The notes under the pieces: model-generated
The model's database searches: none
The model's input: only the letters and a program-made list of their open reading frames with translations
Told to the model about the DNA's origin: nothing
Origin: Bacteroidota bacterium
GTDB taxonomy: Bacteria > Bacteroidota > Bacteroidia > 2-12-FULL-35-15
Direction: 5' to 3'
Assembly: GCA_016707685.1 (NCBI GenBank)
Contig: JADJHE010000003.1
Location: 5,934-69,933, forward strand
Length of the DNA: 64,000 nt
In this document: positions 29,285 to 39,052 of the stretch, piece by piece
Numbering within the stretch: the first letter of the stretch is position 1
Layout of the letters: every line of letters starts with the position of its first letter
Translations under genes and position numbers: made by a program

Positions 29285-31228
29285 TTATGATTTAACAACT
29301 TTTTTGGTGATTATTTTATTTCCGGTTCTTATTTTTATGTAATAAACACCTCTTGCGTTCGGAAGGTAAAAGTTGAATTCCGATTGATAATTGGTGTTGT
29401 AAATAGCACTAACTCGCGCACCAGAAGACGAAAACACCTCAATGTTTTTAATTAATTCGCCATATTGAGCACTTATAAATACTTGGCCATCCATTGAAAT
29501 GCTTGGCCAAACGTTTATTGTATTCACAGAATTAGCTGCAATTCCAGTAACAGTGTTGTTTAAGCTATCAACTCCAACTAAAAAAGGAGTTTGGTCAGCA
29601 TTTTGAAACATTGTTTTAAAAGTGTTGATTGGTGTGCTGTTGAAAGCAAACATTTCGTCTGTATATTTTGGAGGAACAGATTGGTAATACACTTTTGCTT
29701 TTGCTTGCATGCTTCCACTAAATCCATTTAGTGGAACTCTATAGTGAACATAGTCCATTCCAGACCCCTCTACAGCATTTGTTTTATTAAAATCATCATC
29801 AGAAATTGCAGCACCAACAATTTTAACAGTATCGTAGGTGCTGTGAGCTGTTGTAAATCCTAATGGTGGAATTCTATTATCTTTTAATTGTGCGGCAGCT
29901 CTTTCTAAAACGGTTGTTACGTTTGAATTTACATCGCCCATTACCATCTCATAAATTTGAGGAACATTGTTTTGATTGATTATGTTATGATGTACTTCAA
30001 ACGGATTCGTTTCGCCAACAACACGGTAGGTGTTTGTAAATGTTCCTGATTTAAAAAGGGTGTCATTGTTTGTCCCCGTTACAATAAACTGAACAACGGC
30101 TCTGCGAGAAGGATAACCAGAAGGGAACTTGTGTCCTGTTTTGTTTTTTAGTTTCACTCTAAAATAAGCGGTATCGTTTATTGTGCTGTCTAAAAACAGG
30201 TTTATGTCAAGCGATTGAAGTTTTAACATGTTAGATGTTGCTACAAGTGTAGAGTCGAATTTGGCATCATCTGCATTTACGCCTAATGCCACCTTGTTGT
30301 TTTTAATCAAGTTGAGCATAAAATAATTTGCTCCAGCAAATGTGTGTTGATTAAAAGGAAACCTTCCCTGTAGTGAAAGAATGCCATTCGAGATAACAAT
30401 TGGTTCGTTTATTTTAGGCATGTGGCATGATTGACAAGTGGTGGTAGTTCCTGAATAGCTGGAGTTTAAATATTCGTGGTAGGTTGCTTGTTCAACAAAT
30501 TCGCCACCGGTTAAATTGCCCGACAAATCAGCCGTTTGGGTAATTAGTGTATGGCAAGAAGAACACATTCTTGCTTTGCTCACATGGTTACTAAATGTTG
30601 GAGTTATTCCTTCATACAAAACCATTGGTCCAGTAAACGGACTTCCAAATGGACCATATTCAACATGGTTTGTATCGTAAGGAATTTCTCCAGAAAAGGT
30701 TGAGCCAACACTCGGATCAATCATATGACAAGATCCACAAGCAACACCATCGAGGCCAAGCGAGTCGGTTTCTAAATCATTCATTCCATAATATTGTTGA
30801 CCATGAAACATGGCTGTATATCTTCCCATTGGCGCATGACAAGAAGTACATTTGTTTTGTAGTTCGGCAGCATGTGCAGGATTAACTAATATTTCATGAC
30901 TAACTTTCGCTCTCCATAAAGGATCTTTTGCACTAAGTGCCATCATCGATGTTTGCCAACGATCAACAAGGTTTACATCACTACCATCTTCTAATATATT
31001 TGCTTGATGAATAGAGTCGTAACCATGACAACCACTACAGTGAGAAGAGTGTAAAAAATATTCCCCAGCTTCAATTGGAGCCCTTTTAAATCGGTCTTTT
31101 AAAGCAGTTAGCTCATCTTCAGAATGAAAAGATTTTTTTGTAGTTTTTGAAGTTGCCGAGTTCAAAAAATAAAAGCCAATTGCAAAAGCAGTTAGCAATG
31201 TTATGGTGGTAATTTTTTTAATCTTCAT
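29285..31228 (-). CDS. Pentahaem c-type cytochrome with T9SS C-terminal sorting domain
   Basis: Sec signal. Five CxxCH motifs (CSGCH, CTSCH, CGSCH, CSSCH, CQSCH) lie within the first ~270 aa, then a ~380-aa haem-free region, ending in a T9SS-type tail (…GVYYIKIRTGNKIITKKVVKS). It lies 70 bp upstream of the FG-GAP/ASPIC gene. Confidence 0.8.
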   Translation of the reverse strand: MKIKKITTITLLTAFAIGFYFLNSATSKTTKKSFHSEDELTALKDRFKRAPIEAGEYFLHSSHCSGCHGYDSIHQANILEDGSDVNLVDRWQTSMMALSAKDPLWRAKVSHEILVNPAHAAELQNKCTSCHAPMGRYTAMFHGQQYYGMNDLETDSLGLDGVACGSCHMIDPSVGSTFSGEIPYDTNHVEYGPFGSPFTGPMVLYEGITPTFSNHVSKARMCSSCHTLITQTADLSGNLTGGEFVEQATYHEYLNSSYSGTTTTCQSCHMPKINEPIVISNGILSLQGRFPFNQHTFAGANYFMLNLIKNNKVALGVNADDAKFDSTLVATSNMLKLQSLDINLFLDSTINDTAYFRVKLKNKTGHKFPSGYPSRRAVVQFIVTGTNNDTLFKSGTFTNTYRVVGETNPFEVHHNIINQNNVPQIYEMVMGDVNSNVTTVLERAAAQLKDNRIPPLGFTTAHSTYDTVKIVGAAISDDDFNKTNAVEGSGMDYVHYRVPLNGFSGSMQAKAKVYYQSVPPKYTDEMFAFNSTPINTFKTMFQNADQTPFLVGVDSLNNTVTGIAANSVNTINVWPSISMDGQVFISAQYGELIKNIEVFSSSGARVSAIYNTNYQSEFNFYLPNARGVYYIKIRTGNKIITKKVVKS

Positions 31229-31317
31229 TTTAATAGGGGTATTGTGCTACTAACAAATGTAATAAAATACAATTGGAAAAGAAATTTGTTGACGAAAATC
31301 AGTTTTGGAGAAAAAAT

Positions 31318-31347
31318 AAAGCCTTCCGAACCCCTTCGGAAGGCTTT
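31318..31347. terminator. Hairpin terminator downstream of the porP/sprF-like gene
   Basis: aaaGCCTTCCGAAccccTTCGGAAGGCttt. Confidence 0.6.
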
Positions 31348-31382
31348 GCAATTAAACTAAACCCCAACCGCACTAAACAGTC

Positions 31383-32435
31383 TTAAATACGAGATTTAAA
31401 ATGTTTGTTTCCAAACATGGATGGATATACCCAACGCAAGGAGATTTCGAATCCACCTCTAGCGGAAGAAGCAACTTTTAATTTGGATAAGTTAACATCA
31501 TAACTAAATCCAATGCAGTAGTTAGAGTATTCAAATTTTGCGATAGCAATGAATGCATCTTGCAAACGGTAATATGCTCTCAACGAAAAAGCAGAAGATT
31601 TTTTTAAGCCAGTGTATTTTGAGCCCTCTTGCAAAACATATTGAAATGTCATTCCTGGATTAACCTCTGTTGTTGCACCTTGTAGAAAAACAATATAAGA
31701 CGGTTTTAGAATTAAATTACTATTTGGCATTCCAATCGAAGCATTACCATTTAAAACAATTTTCATACTTAGTCGCTCTCCTGCTCCATAAAAGGAATAA
31801 GCAGGGCGGTGAGGATGAAAAACAGCAACACCTAAGCTTATTTTTCTTGCATTATTTGCAGAAATGTATGCTTCGTCTGTACCATAATTGTATTGTAATC
31901 CAGCACCCAAATCGAACATGGTGAAGCTTCCTGGCAGACTTGATTCCCCTGTTGCAGCAGCAGCATCATAGTTTGTTCCATTGTATTGATTGCCCCATGT
32001 TAGTTTAGATGCATTCATGCTTCGTTGTCCAAAACCAGCAACAATGCCTCCCGACAAAATACTTTTATCGTTTAGATTAATCAGTCCTGCAATGGATAAG
32101 TTTACTTGGTTTGAACCAAGTGAGGCATCACCTGCTTTGTCGCTGAAAAAATCGAGGCCCAAGCCGAGGTGATGTTTTTTGTTTTTTAATAAACGTGCAT
32201 CAAAGGAAAATGCATAGGTTCGATAAGGAGAACCAATGCTTTGCCATTGATTTTTAAAATTAAGAATTGCCCTTACCTCGTGTTGAACGCCAACTGTTGC
32301 AGGGTTAAGCTGAACAGGTGTTTCATCAAACTGAGAAAAGTGGATGTCCTGAGCCGTTGTTGTATTTGCAAATGCAAAGACAGCAAAAGCCCATGTTGTA
32401 ATTTGTAAAAACGATTTTTTGTTTTTTTTGTACAT
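31383..32435 (-). CDS. PorP/SprF family T9SS outer-membrane β-barrel protein
   Basis: Signal peptide and the family N-terminal motif …AQDIHFSQFDETPVQLNPA… Length 350 aa. Positioned immediately downstream of a type-B CTD adhesin gene, as in sprB-sprF pairs. Confidence 0.8.
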   Translation of the reverse strand: MYKKNKKSFLQITTWAFAVFAFANTTTAQDIHFSQFDETPVQLNPATVGVQHEVRAILNFKNQWQSIGSPYRTYAFSFDARLLKNKKHHLGLGLDFFSDKAGDASLGSNQVNLSIAGLINLNDKSILSGGIVAGFGQRSMNASKLTWGNQYNGTNYDAAAATGESSLPGSFTMFDLGAGLQYNYGTDEAYISANNARKISLGVAVFHPHRPAYSFYGAGERLSMKIVLNGNASIGMPNSNLILKPSYIVFLQGATTEVNPGMTFQYVLQEGSKYTGLKKSSAFSLRAYYRLQDAFIAIAKFEYSNYCIGFSYDVNLSKLKVASSARGGFEISLRWVYPSMFGNKHFKSRI

Positions 32436-32545
32436 CTTAAAAAAGAGTTAGTAGTAGTTTTTTCTTTTTTGTAGTGATTTAAAAAATAACAACGCAAATT
32501 AGTTGTGTAGTTTTCATGTTGAGTGTAAGTTTATTGGTTTATAAT

Positions 32546-35500
32546 TTATTTAATTAGTGTAATGTTTCCTTGTTTTGTTACTTCTTGTCCGTTTACCATT
32601 GCTGTTAGGTAATAAACAAAAACAGCAGCATCTAATTTTTTTCCCCTGAATGTTCCATCCCAACCATATGCAGCGTCTTTTGTTTCAAATACTTTTTCTC
32701 CCCATCTATCATAGACAAAAAACTCTAAATTGGTAATACAGTTACCCATTACATAAACAAAATCGTTTTGTCCATCTTCGTTGGGCGAGAATGCGGTTGG
32801 AACAAATAGTTCCCCGCAAACAACATCTACATAAACAATAACCGTATCGCTTCCAGTGCAACCATTTTGACTAGCAGTAAGAATATAAATTGTAGTTTGT
32901 GTTGGCGATGCCAATGGGTCTTCACATGTTGTGCAGCTTAATCCTGTAGAAGGAGTCCATAAAACAGTTGCTCCAGAAGGAACAGTGCCGTTTAGTTGAG
33001 TGCTTGTTCCAGAAATAATAGTAACATCTGTTCCTGCATTAACACCAGAAAGATTTCCTGTTACACCTACCGTTCCAGAGCTTGTAGCAGTACAACCATC
33101 AACATCTGTAATGGTAACAGTATAAGTTCCTGCAGCCAATGCAGTAATTGTACTTGTAGTAGCACTAGTGCTCCACGTTGGGCTTAACACACCATTTCCG
33201 CCAGTAGCATTTACTGTTGCGGTTCCATCGCTGTTTCCGCATGTTGCAGGTGTTGTTGATACGTTTGCTGAAATAGCTGCTGGCTGTGTGATTGTAACCG
33301 TTGTAGCATTTGAACAGCCTGTTCCATCTGTAGCCGTAACAGTATATGTTCCTGCGGCAAGGTTGCTTATAGAAGCACCACTAACGCTACCCGGCATCCA
33401 GTTATAGGTAATGGTTCCTGTTCCACCAGTTGCACTTGCTGTTGCGCCCCCATTGTTTCCTCCGTTACATAAAACGTTGGTTTGTGAGGATATTGAAATA
33501 GTTGGACCGCCACTACTTGCAACAATTCCTGTTGCTGTTGCAGTACAGCCGTTTGCATCGGTAGCGGTTACTGTGTATGTTCCTGCTGATAAATTGCTAG
33601 CAGCAGCTCCACTAATGCTACCTGGCATCCAGTTGTAGGTTATTGTGCCTGTTCCGCCCGTTGCGCTTGCTGTTGCTGTTCCTGTGCTGCTTCCGCATGT
33701 GGTGGGTGTTGTTCCTGTTACTGAAACAGAAACGGCACTTGCTGGTTGGGTAATTGTAACAGTTGTTGTTCCTGCACAACTACCTCCATCGGTAGCGGTT
33801 ACTGTGTATGTTCCTGCGGCTAATCCTGTTTGCGATGCACCAGTTAAGCTACCCGGCATCCAATTGTAATTTATAGTTCCCGTTCCTCCTGTTGCCGTAG
33901 CAGTTGCTGCACCTGTATTTTGACCGAAACAAAGAATATTTGTTTGTGAACTAATGCTAGCCGTTGGACCTCCAGTATTAGAAATAGAGACTGTTGTTGT
34001 TGCAGTACACCCGTTTCCATCTGTGCTAGTTACAGTGTAAGTTCCTGAAGCTAATGCAGATTGTGATGCTCCTGTTAAGCTACCTGGCATCCAGTTGTAA
34101 GCAATGGTTCCTGTTCCGCCAGTTCCGTTGGCAGTAGCAGCACCATTGTTACTTCCGCAACTTGCTGGTGTGCTGCTTGAAATAGAAACTGCAACAGCAG
34201 ATGCAGGTTGAGTAATTGTTATGGTTGTGGTTCCTGTACAACTGTTTGCGTCTGTTGCAGTAACGGTGTATGTTCCAGCGGCTAAACCTGTTTGAGAAGC
34301 CCCTGTTAAACTTCCTGGCATCCAATTGTACGTATATGCTGTTGTACTACCAGATGCACTTGCCGTTGCCGTTCCTGTACTTTGTCCGAAACACAAAACA
34401 TTTGTTTTAGCGGGGTTGGTAACGGTGATTGTAGGACAAACAGTAGCGTTACAAGCAGGAATACCAGTAAGGGTTGTAATTGTAAGAATACTTCCTGCGT
34501 TGTCTGTTACTTGAATTGGTTGAGCAGGAAAAGATGCTGGTAGGGTTCCTGAGTTTGTTGTTGATGAAAATGTTGTCCAGAATGCAGGTGTATTACATGT
34601 AGTAGCTGGTAAGCTGTTTACTAAACAAATGTTTACAAAAGGAGTCCAAGACCCGCCACAAGCAGTACATTGAGCCGAATTGGTTATTGGCGAGCTAGAT
34701 GCCGGGGTGAAAAATTGCCAGTTGTATGGGTTTACACCATTTGAAACCGTTAATGATCCATTTGTTTCTTGACAAACAGAAAGAGCAACACAGGGTGAAA
34801 CAACAATTGTAATCGATTCGTTTCCACAAGCAAGTGTGTAGCTAATAGTATGTGTTCCAACACCAGCAGTAGCTGGATTGAAAAGTCCCGTTGTTGGATT
34901 TACTCCAGGTCCACTAAAAGTTCCGCCAGGTGTTGCTACAACAAGCGTAACAGGTGTTGCATTTTGACATAATACACCTGGATTACAAATGGTAGCATCA
35001 CAACAAATTAATGATAATGGAGCAGCAGCAGTCATGTTCACAACCTGAACCGTTCCAGTTCTTGCTCCAGTAGTTGTAGAGGTGCCTGTTGATCCACAAG
35101 CAACAACATCACCACCAGAAATAACATGAACATCATAAACTCTGTAAGTTGTAGCTACGGATGAAATAACATTTAAGTTGCCATCGTATTTTACAATTGC
35201 GTTCCCAGAACCAACGTAAACGTTTCCAGAAGCGTCAATATCTAAACCGCTATTTTGAACTTGGCTTCCACCAAACCCGCCACCAGCGATAGCAGCAGTA
35301 GCAATTATTGCCCCTGTTGCAAAGTCGCGCTTGTGTACTTGATTTCCTTTGTGAGTGTATAAAAAGCCATTAAAATACCTTATGGCCATAATTCCGGAGT
35401 TATCTTTTCTCCAGTTTTCACATTTGTATCCTAATCCATAGGAGTTTGTAGTGTGGAATGCTGCAGAAGATCCAGAAGGGCAAAGACTAAAGTTTTGAGA

Positions 35501-36862
35501 AATATACCCAATTGAATCGTGTGTTAAATAAGCAAACTTACCATTGCCACATGCTGCTATAGATCTAACTTCCTGTGTTGGGAAAAGCTGTCCACCTGTA
35601 ACCTGAACACTAGCGGTAATATTTCCACTATTTACGTCCACATCGTAGATATAAGGCAATGGCGGCAAAAATCCACCTGTTCCACCAATAACCAATTTAG
35701 ATTGGTCGCAGTTAAAAGAGATGTTCCAAAACTCGGTCGATGTAAAAATACCGCCAGGACTTCCATTGTTCCAAACTACTGCACCAGCATTGTTTACTTT
35801 TACAATTGCAGCAGCCGAGCCTTGTGTAACATAAGAGTTTCCAAGATTGTCAGTAGCAAATGTTCCTAACCATGCAGAGGTGTCGTATGGGGTATTGTAG
35901 GTCCACTGAAGTGCACCAGTTGAATTATATTTTATCAGCTGCATTGGTGTAACACCTCCAATGATATAAATGTTCCCTGCTCCATCTTTTTCACACTCCC
36001 AAACACAATCCCAAGCAGTTGCAAAGTTTGGTGTTTGTGTCCACGGATCAATAATTACCGTTTGTGTATTATCGTATTTACCCAATGTAAAAGAAACGAT
36101 ATTCCCCTTTTTTGTAAAACGAGAAGAAATAATTGACTTTTTATTGTTTCCGTAAAATGTTAATGGTGCATGATCAACAATATCTCCATATTTTGTTGGG
36201 ATATGGATTGCTTTTTCTATTATCGAAGGATTTTTAGAATAAGCCATTTTAATTTTTGACGCATCAGCTCCAGGGTGAAGAATAAAGGCATACTTAATAC
36301 CCGATTCAGAGTGAAAGGTGTATTCTACATCTATATTTGGATACAGATTTTTATAAGTTATTTTTTTATATGCTTTTACATGATCAACACTTTTGTTTAC
36401 TCCGTTTTCTTTGAATGAATAAGAGTGATAGTCGGGCGTTTCTTCTTCTGCTACAATCTGAACAGCAGGATTTGCATCCACCCAGTTCATTGGAATTACA
36501 TCCGTAGAGTATTCAACTTTTCTTCCCTCGTCTTCAAATTCTTTAAACTCCTCAGCACTTGTAAAACCCTTTATTTTTCTTTCTTGACGCTCTTCTTTGT
36601 TCGTCTCTTTTTGCCAAACATTTAAAAAGCTGTATACTAAACCTTTTTTAGTAAAGTAAATTTTTGTAGATCCATGATCCATTGCAAACGCAACTGTTTC
36701 TTGGCTTCCATCGATTTGAAACTGTCCTTTGTTTTCAATAAAAGCTTTTGTTTTATCGTATTTAGCAGTCCATTTTGCTAAGGCGCTGTTTTGTGCTTTT
36801 GCGCTGATTGCGAATGTAAAAACAAAAAGAAGTTTGAATATAAAATTAGGTCTTAGTCCCAT
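32546..36862 (-). CDS. SprB-like cell-surface repeat adhesin with gliding-motility-associated (type B) T9SS C-terminal domain
   Basis: Signal peptide MGLRPNFIFKLLFVFTFAISAKAQ. At least five tandem ~77-aa SprB-type repeats (…GTGTITYNWMPGSLTGASQ…GTYTVTATD…). C-terminal …FSPNEDGQNDFVYVMG…YDRWGEKVFE… is the type-B CTD hallmark. Confidence 0.8.
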   Translation of the reverse strand: MGLRPNFIFKLLFVFTFAISAKAQNSALAKWTAKYDKTKAFIENKGQFQIDGSQETVAFAMDHGSTKIYFTKKGLVYSFLNVWQKETNKEERQERKIKGFTSAEEFKEFEDEGRKVEYSTDVIPMNWVDANPAVQIVAEEETPDYHSYSFKENGVNKSVDHVKAYKKITYKNLYPNIDVEYTFHSESGIKYAFILHPGADASKIKMAYSKNPSIIEKAIHIPTKYGDIVDHAPLTFYGNNKKSIISSRFTKKGNIVSFTLGKYDNTQTVIIDPWTQTPNFATAWDCVWECEKDGAGNIYIIGGVTPMQLIKYNSTGALQWTYNTPYDTSAWLGTFATDNLGNSYVTQGSAAAIVKVNNAGAVVWNNGSPGGIFTSTEFWNISFNCDQSKLVIGGTGGFLPPLPYIYDVDVNSGNITASVQVTGGQLFPTQEVRSIAACGNGKFAYLTHDSIGYISQNFSLCPSGSSAAFHTTNSYGLGYKCENWRKDNSGIMAIRYFNGFLYTHKGNQVHKRDFATGAIIATAAIAGGGFGGSQVQNSGLDIDASGNVYVGSGNAIVKYDGNLNVISSVATTYRVYDVHVISGGDVVACGSTGTSTTTGARTGTVQVVNMTAAAPLSLICCDATICNPGVLCQNATPVTLVVATPGGTFSGPGVNPTTGLFNPATAGVGTHTISYTLACGNESITIVVSPCVALSVCQETNGSLTVSNGVNPYNWQFFTPASSSPITNSAQCTACGGSWTPFVNICLVNSLPATTCNTPAFWTTFSSTTNSGTLPASFPAQPIQVTDNAGSILTITTLTGIPACNATVCPTITVTNPAKTNVLCFGQSTGTATASASGSTTAYTYNWMPGSLTGASQTGLAAGTYTVTATDANSCTGTTTITITQPASAVAVSISSSTPASCGSNNGAATANGTGGTGTIAYNWMPGSLTGASQSALASGTYTVTSTDGNGCTATTTVSISNTGGPTASISSQTNILCFGQNTGAATATATGGTGTINYNWMPGSLTGASQTGLAAGTYTVTATDGGSCAGTTTVTITQPASAVSVSVTGTTPTTCGSSTGTATASATGGTGTITYNWMPGSISGAAASNLSAGTYTVTATDANGCTATATGIVASSGGPTISISSQTNVLCNGGNNGGATASATGGTGTITYNWMPGSVSGASISNLAAGTYTVTATDGTGCSNATTVTITQPAAISANVSTTPATCGNSDGTATVNATGGNGVLSPTWSTSATTSTITALAAGTYTVTITDVDGCTATSSGTVGVTGNLSGVNAGTDVTIISGTSTQLNGTVPSGATVLWTPSTGLSCTTCEDPLASPTQTTIYILTASQNGCTGSDTVIVYVDVVCGELFVPTAFSPNEDGQNDFVYVMGNCITNLEFFVYDRWGEKVFETKDAAYGWDGTFRGKKLDAAVFVYYLTAMVNGQEVTKQGNITLIK
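33160..34545. repeat. Intragenic tandem DNA repeats, period 231 bp, at least five or six units (SprB-type protein repeats)
   Basis: cctggcatccaRttgta recurs at 33389, 33620, 33851, 34082 and 34313 at exactly 231-bp spacing. Plus-strand shadow ORFs 33168/33411/33645 repeat the same peptide (…PGIQL). Confidence 0.75.
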
Positions 36863-37037
36863 GCGTTTTTTGTTGAGTGTAAATATTATCCAACTCAAAA
36901 ATAAATTAGAAAAACAGTATCCAATAAAAAAATCCAAACATTATTGGAAGTCTGATATGTACCATTTAAAAATAAATCCTATATTTATCAGTATGTTTAT
37001 TATACAAAAACGATTTTATTATTATAAATGAGTAGCC

Positions 37038-38524
37038 ATGAAACCATCTGAAGATTTACATCAATTGATTCAAAATTTGAGCATGTCTGAAAAGCGGTAT
37101 TTTAAAATACATTCTACACGACATGTAATTGGATTCAATAACAACTACATTCATTTGTTTGATGAGATAGAAAAACAAAAAGAGTACGATGAATCTAAAA
37201 TAAAAAAGACGTTTAGTAAGGAGACTTTTGTAAAACACCTTCCCTCCGAAAAAAATTATTTATACAATCATATTTTAGACAGCTTAAACGCCTTTCATAA
37301 AGACCGAACGTTTCTAACACGTTATTCCAATGTTTTAATGAATATTGAAATATTATACAATAAAGGGTTATTTGAGCAGTGTAGAAAAGTAATTCAAAAG
37401 GCAAAAAAGAAGCTTACTTATTAGAAAAATTTTCCATCCTTTTTTTAGTTATTCGCTGGGAAACGCTTGTTTTTGTAAAAGATGAAGACACAAAGGGTTT
37501 ACACAAAAGTTTTGCAGAAGAATTACGAATATTAGAAGTAATTCGAATTCAAACAGCATTGATGCAAATTGCTTTTAATATTCAAATTGAAATTTATAGC
37601 GGAAAAGTAACAACAAGTTTTTTAGAAAAGCAGACTTTAGAGATTAAAAAGCTCTACCCACCTCATAAAGACGTAAATAGTTTTTGGGCCCGTTATTATT
37701 ATCATTCTGCAATGGGTTTAATATATTCGGTTCAACAAAAATACTTGCAATGTTTTAATTGTTACAAGGATATTAATTTGCTAATGCAAACAGAAAAACA
37801 GTTTATAGTTGATTTGCCAAATATTTATCACACAAACAATAACAACATGGTAAACATGATGTTTTTATTAGAAAACTATGATAAAATTTTACCCTTAATT
37901 CAACATCAAAAAACGTTTACCACTATTTATAAAATAAAAAATCCAGCATTAACGGCTAAAGTATTCTTAAATACAACTGAAAGTGAATTGTATTTGTATT
38001 ATCGCACCGAGCAGTATGAACAAGGGGCTTTTTTAATAAAAAGAATTGAACCCGAATTGAAAAAGATAGACATCAAATTTAGTCCAGCCCTATTTGATTT
38101 GTTTTTTATTATGGCTGTTGTTTTTTTAGGGAACGAGGATTTTAAGTCGTCCATTAAATGGCTAAATAAAATTTTAAACCATGAAAAAGATGTGAATATT
38201 CGAAGGGAGTTGCAAATAAACACCCGCTTGCTTTATTTAATTGTTTTATTGGAAAAAGACGATTTATTTTTTGAAAATCAATACCTATCTGTGAAGCGTT
38301 TTTTAGCGAATGAAAAGGAATTTAAAAAACACTTGCTTGTTTTCGAAGCAATTAAAATTTTATCGGATCAACGAAGAAGTGCGGTAAAACTGAAGCGACT
38401 AAATCAATTATATGTTAGTATTAAACAATTAAATAGTAAAATGAGTGTTGATTCGCTTAATCCACAGTTTGATTTTCAACAGTGGATTGAAGGCCAAATG
38501 ATTCATAAAAAGCTAATGAAATAA
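37038..38524 (+). CDS. Hypothetical cytoplasmic α-helical protein (~495 aa); frameshift at an A6 run near 37404-37410
   Basis: ORFs 37038..37424 and 37559..38524 are bridged by an open third frame (…QKAKK|EAYLLEKFSILFLVIRWETLVFVKDEDTKGLHKSFAEELRILEVIRIQTAL-MQIAF…). No signal peptide and no recognised family. Confidence 0.45.
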
Positions 38525-38527
38525 TAC

Positions 38528-39052
38528 ATGGAATCTTTTTCAACAATAATACATCGTTTCGATAAGAAAGGAGAGAAAACTGGCTGGACGTATATTGAAA
38601 TTCCAGCAGACATTGCAAATAGTCTTAAGCCAAAAAATAAAATGGCATTTAGAGTCAAAGGGTTATTAGATGATTTTCCTATTGCTCAAGTAGCTCTAAT
38701 TCCCATGGGCGAAGGAGTTTTCATACTTCCTTTAAATGCCTCTATACGCAAGGGTATTCGAAAAAAAGAAGGGGCAATGCTTTTGGTTAAGTTGGAAGAA
38801 GACAAATCGCCTCTTCTTTTGGATTCCGATTTTACAATGTTTTGGAGGATGATGAACTGGCGAAGCCTTTTTAAAACGTTGACAAAATCACATCAGCAGT
38901 ATTTTCGAAATGGATTGCAAGTGCAAAAACCGAAGAAACAAAAGCAAAACGAATTGCTAATGACTATAAATGCTTTGTCGAAACAAATGGGTTATCCCGA
39001 AATGATAAGGGCAAACAAAGCAAAAAAACTAACTAGTTGGTGCCTACTTTAA
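38528..39052 (+). CDS. DUF1905 / YdeI-OmpD-associated family protein
   Basis: …TGWTYIEIPADIA…AFRVKGLLDDFPIAQVALIPMGEGVFILPLNASIRKG… matches the DUF1905 fold, with a C-terminal YdeI-like helix region. Confidence 0.55.
   Translation: MESFSTIIHRFDKKGEKTGWTYIEIPADIANSLKPKNKMAFRVKGLLDDFPIAQVALIPMGEGVFILPLNASIRKGIRKKEGAMLLVKLEEDKSPLLLDSDFTMFWRMMNWRSLFKTLTKSHQQYFRNGLQVQKPKKQKQNELLMTINALSKQMGYPEMIRANKAKKLTSWCLL

Noticed and set aside
33160-34545. Regularly spaced repeats that could superficially suggest a CRISPR array
   Set aside because: Period is 231 bp and there are no short spacers. The repeats are in-frame protein-coding SprB-type repeats inside one long ORF.
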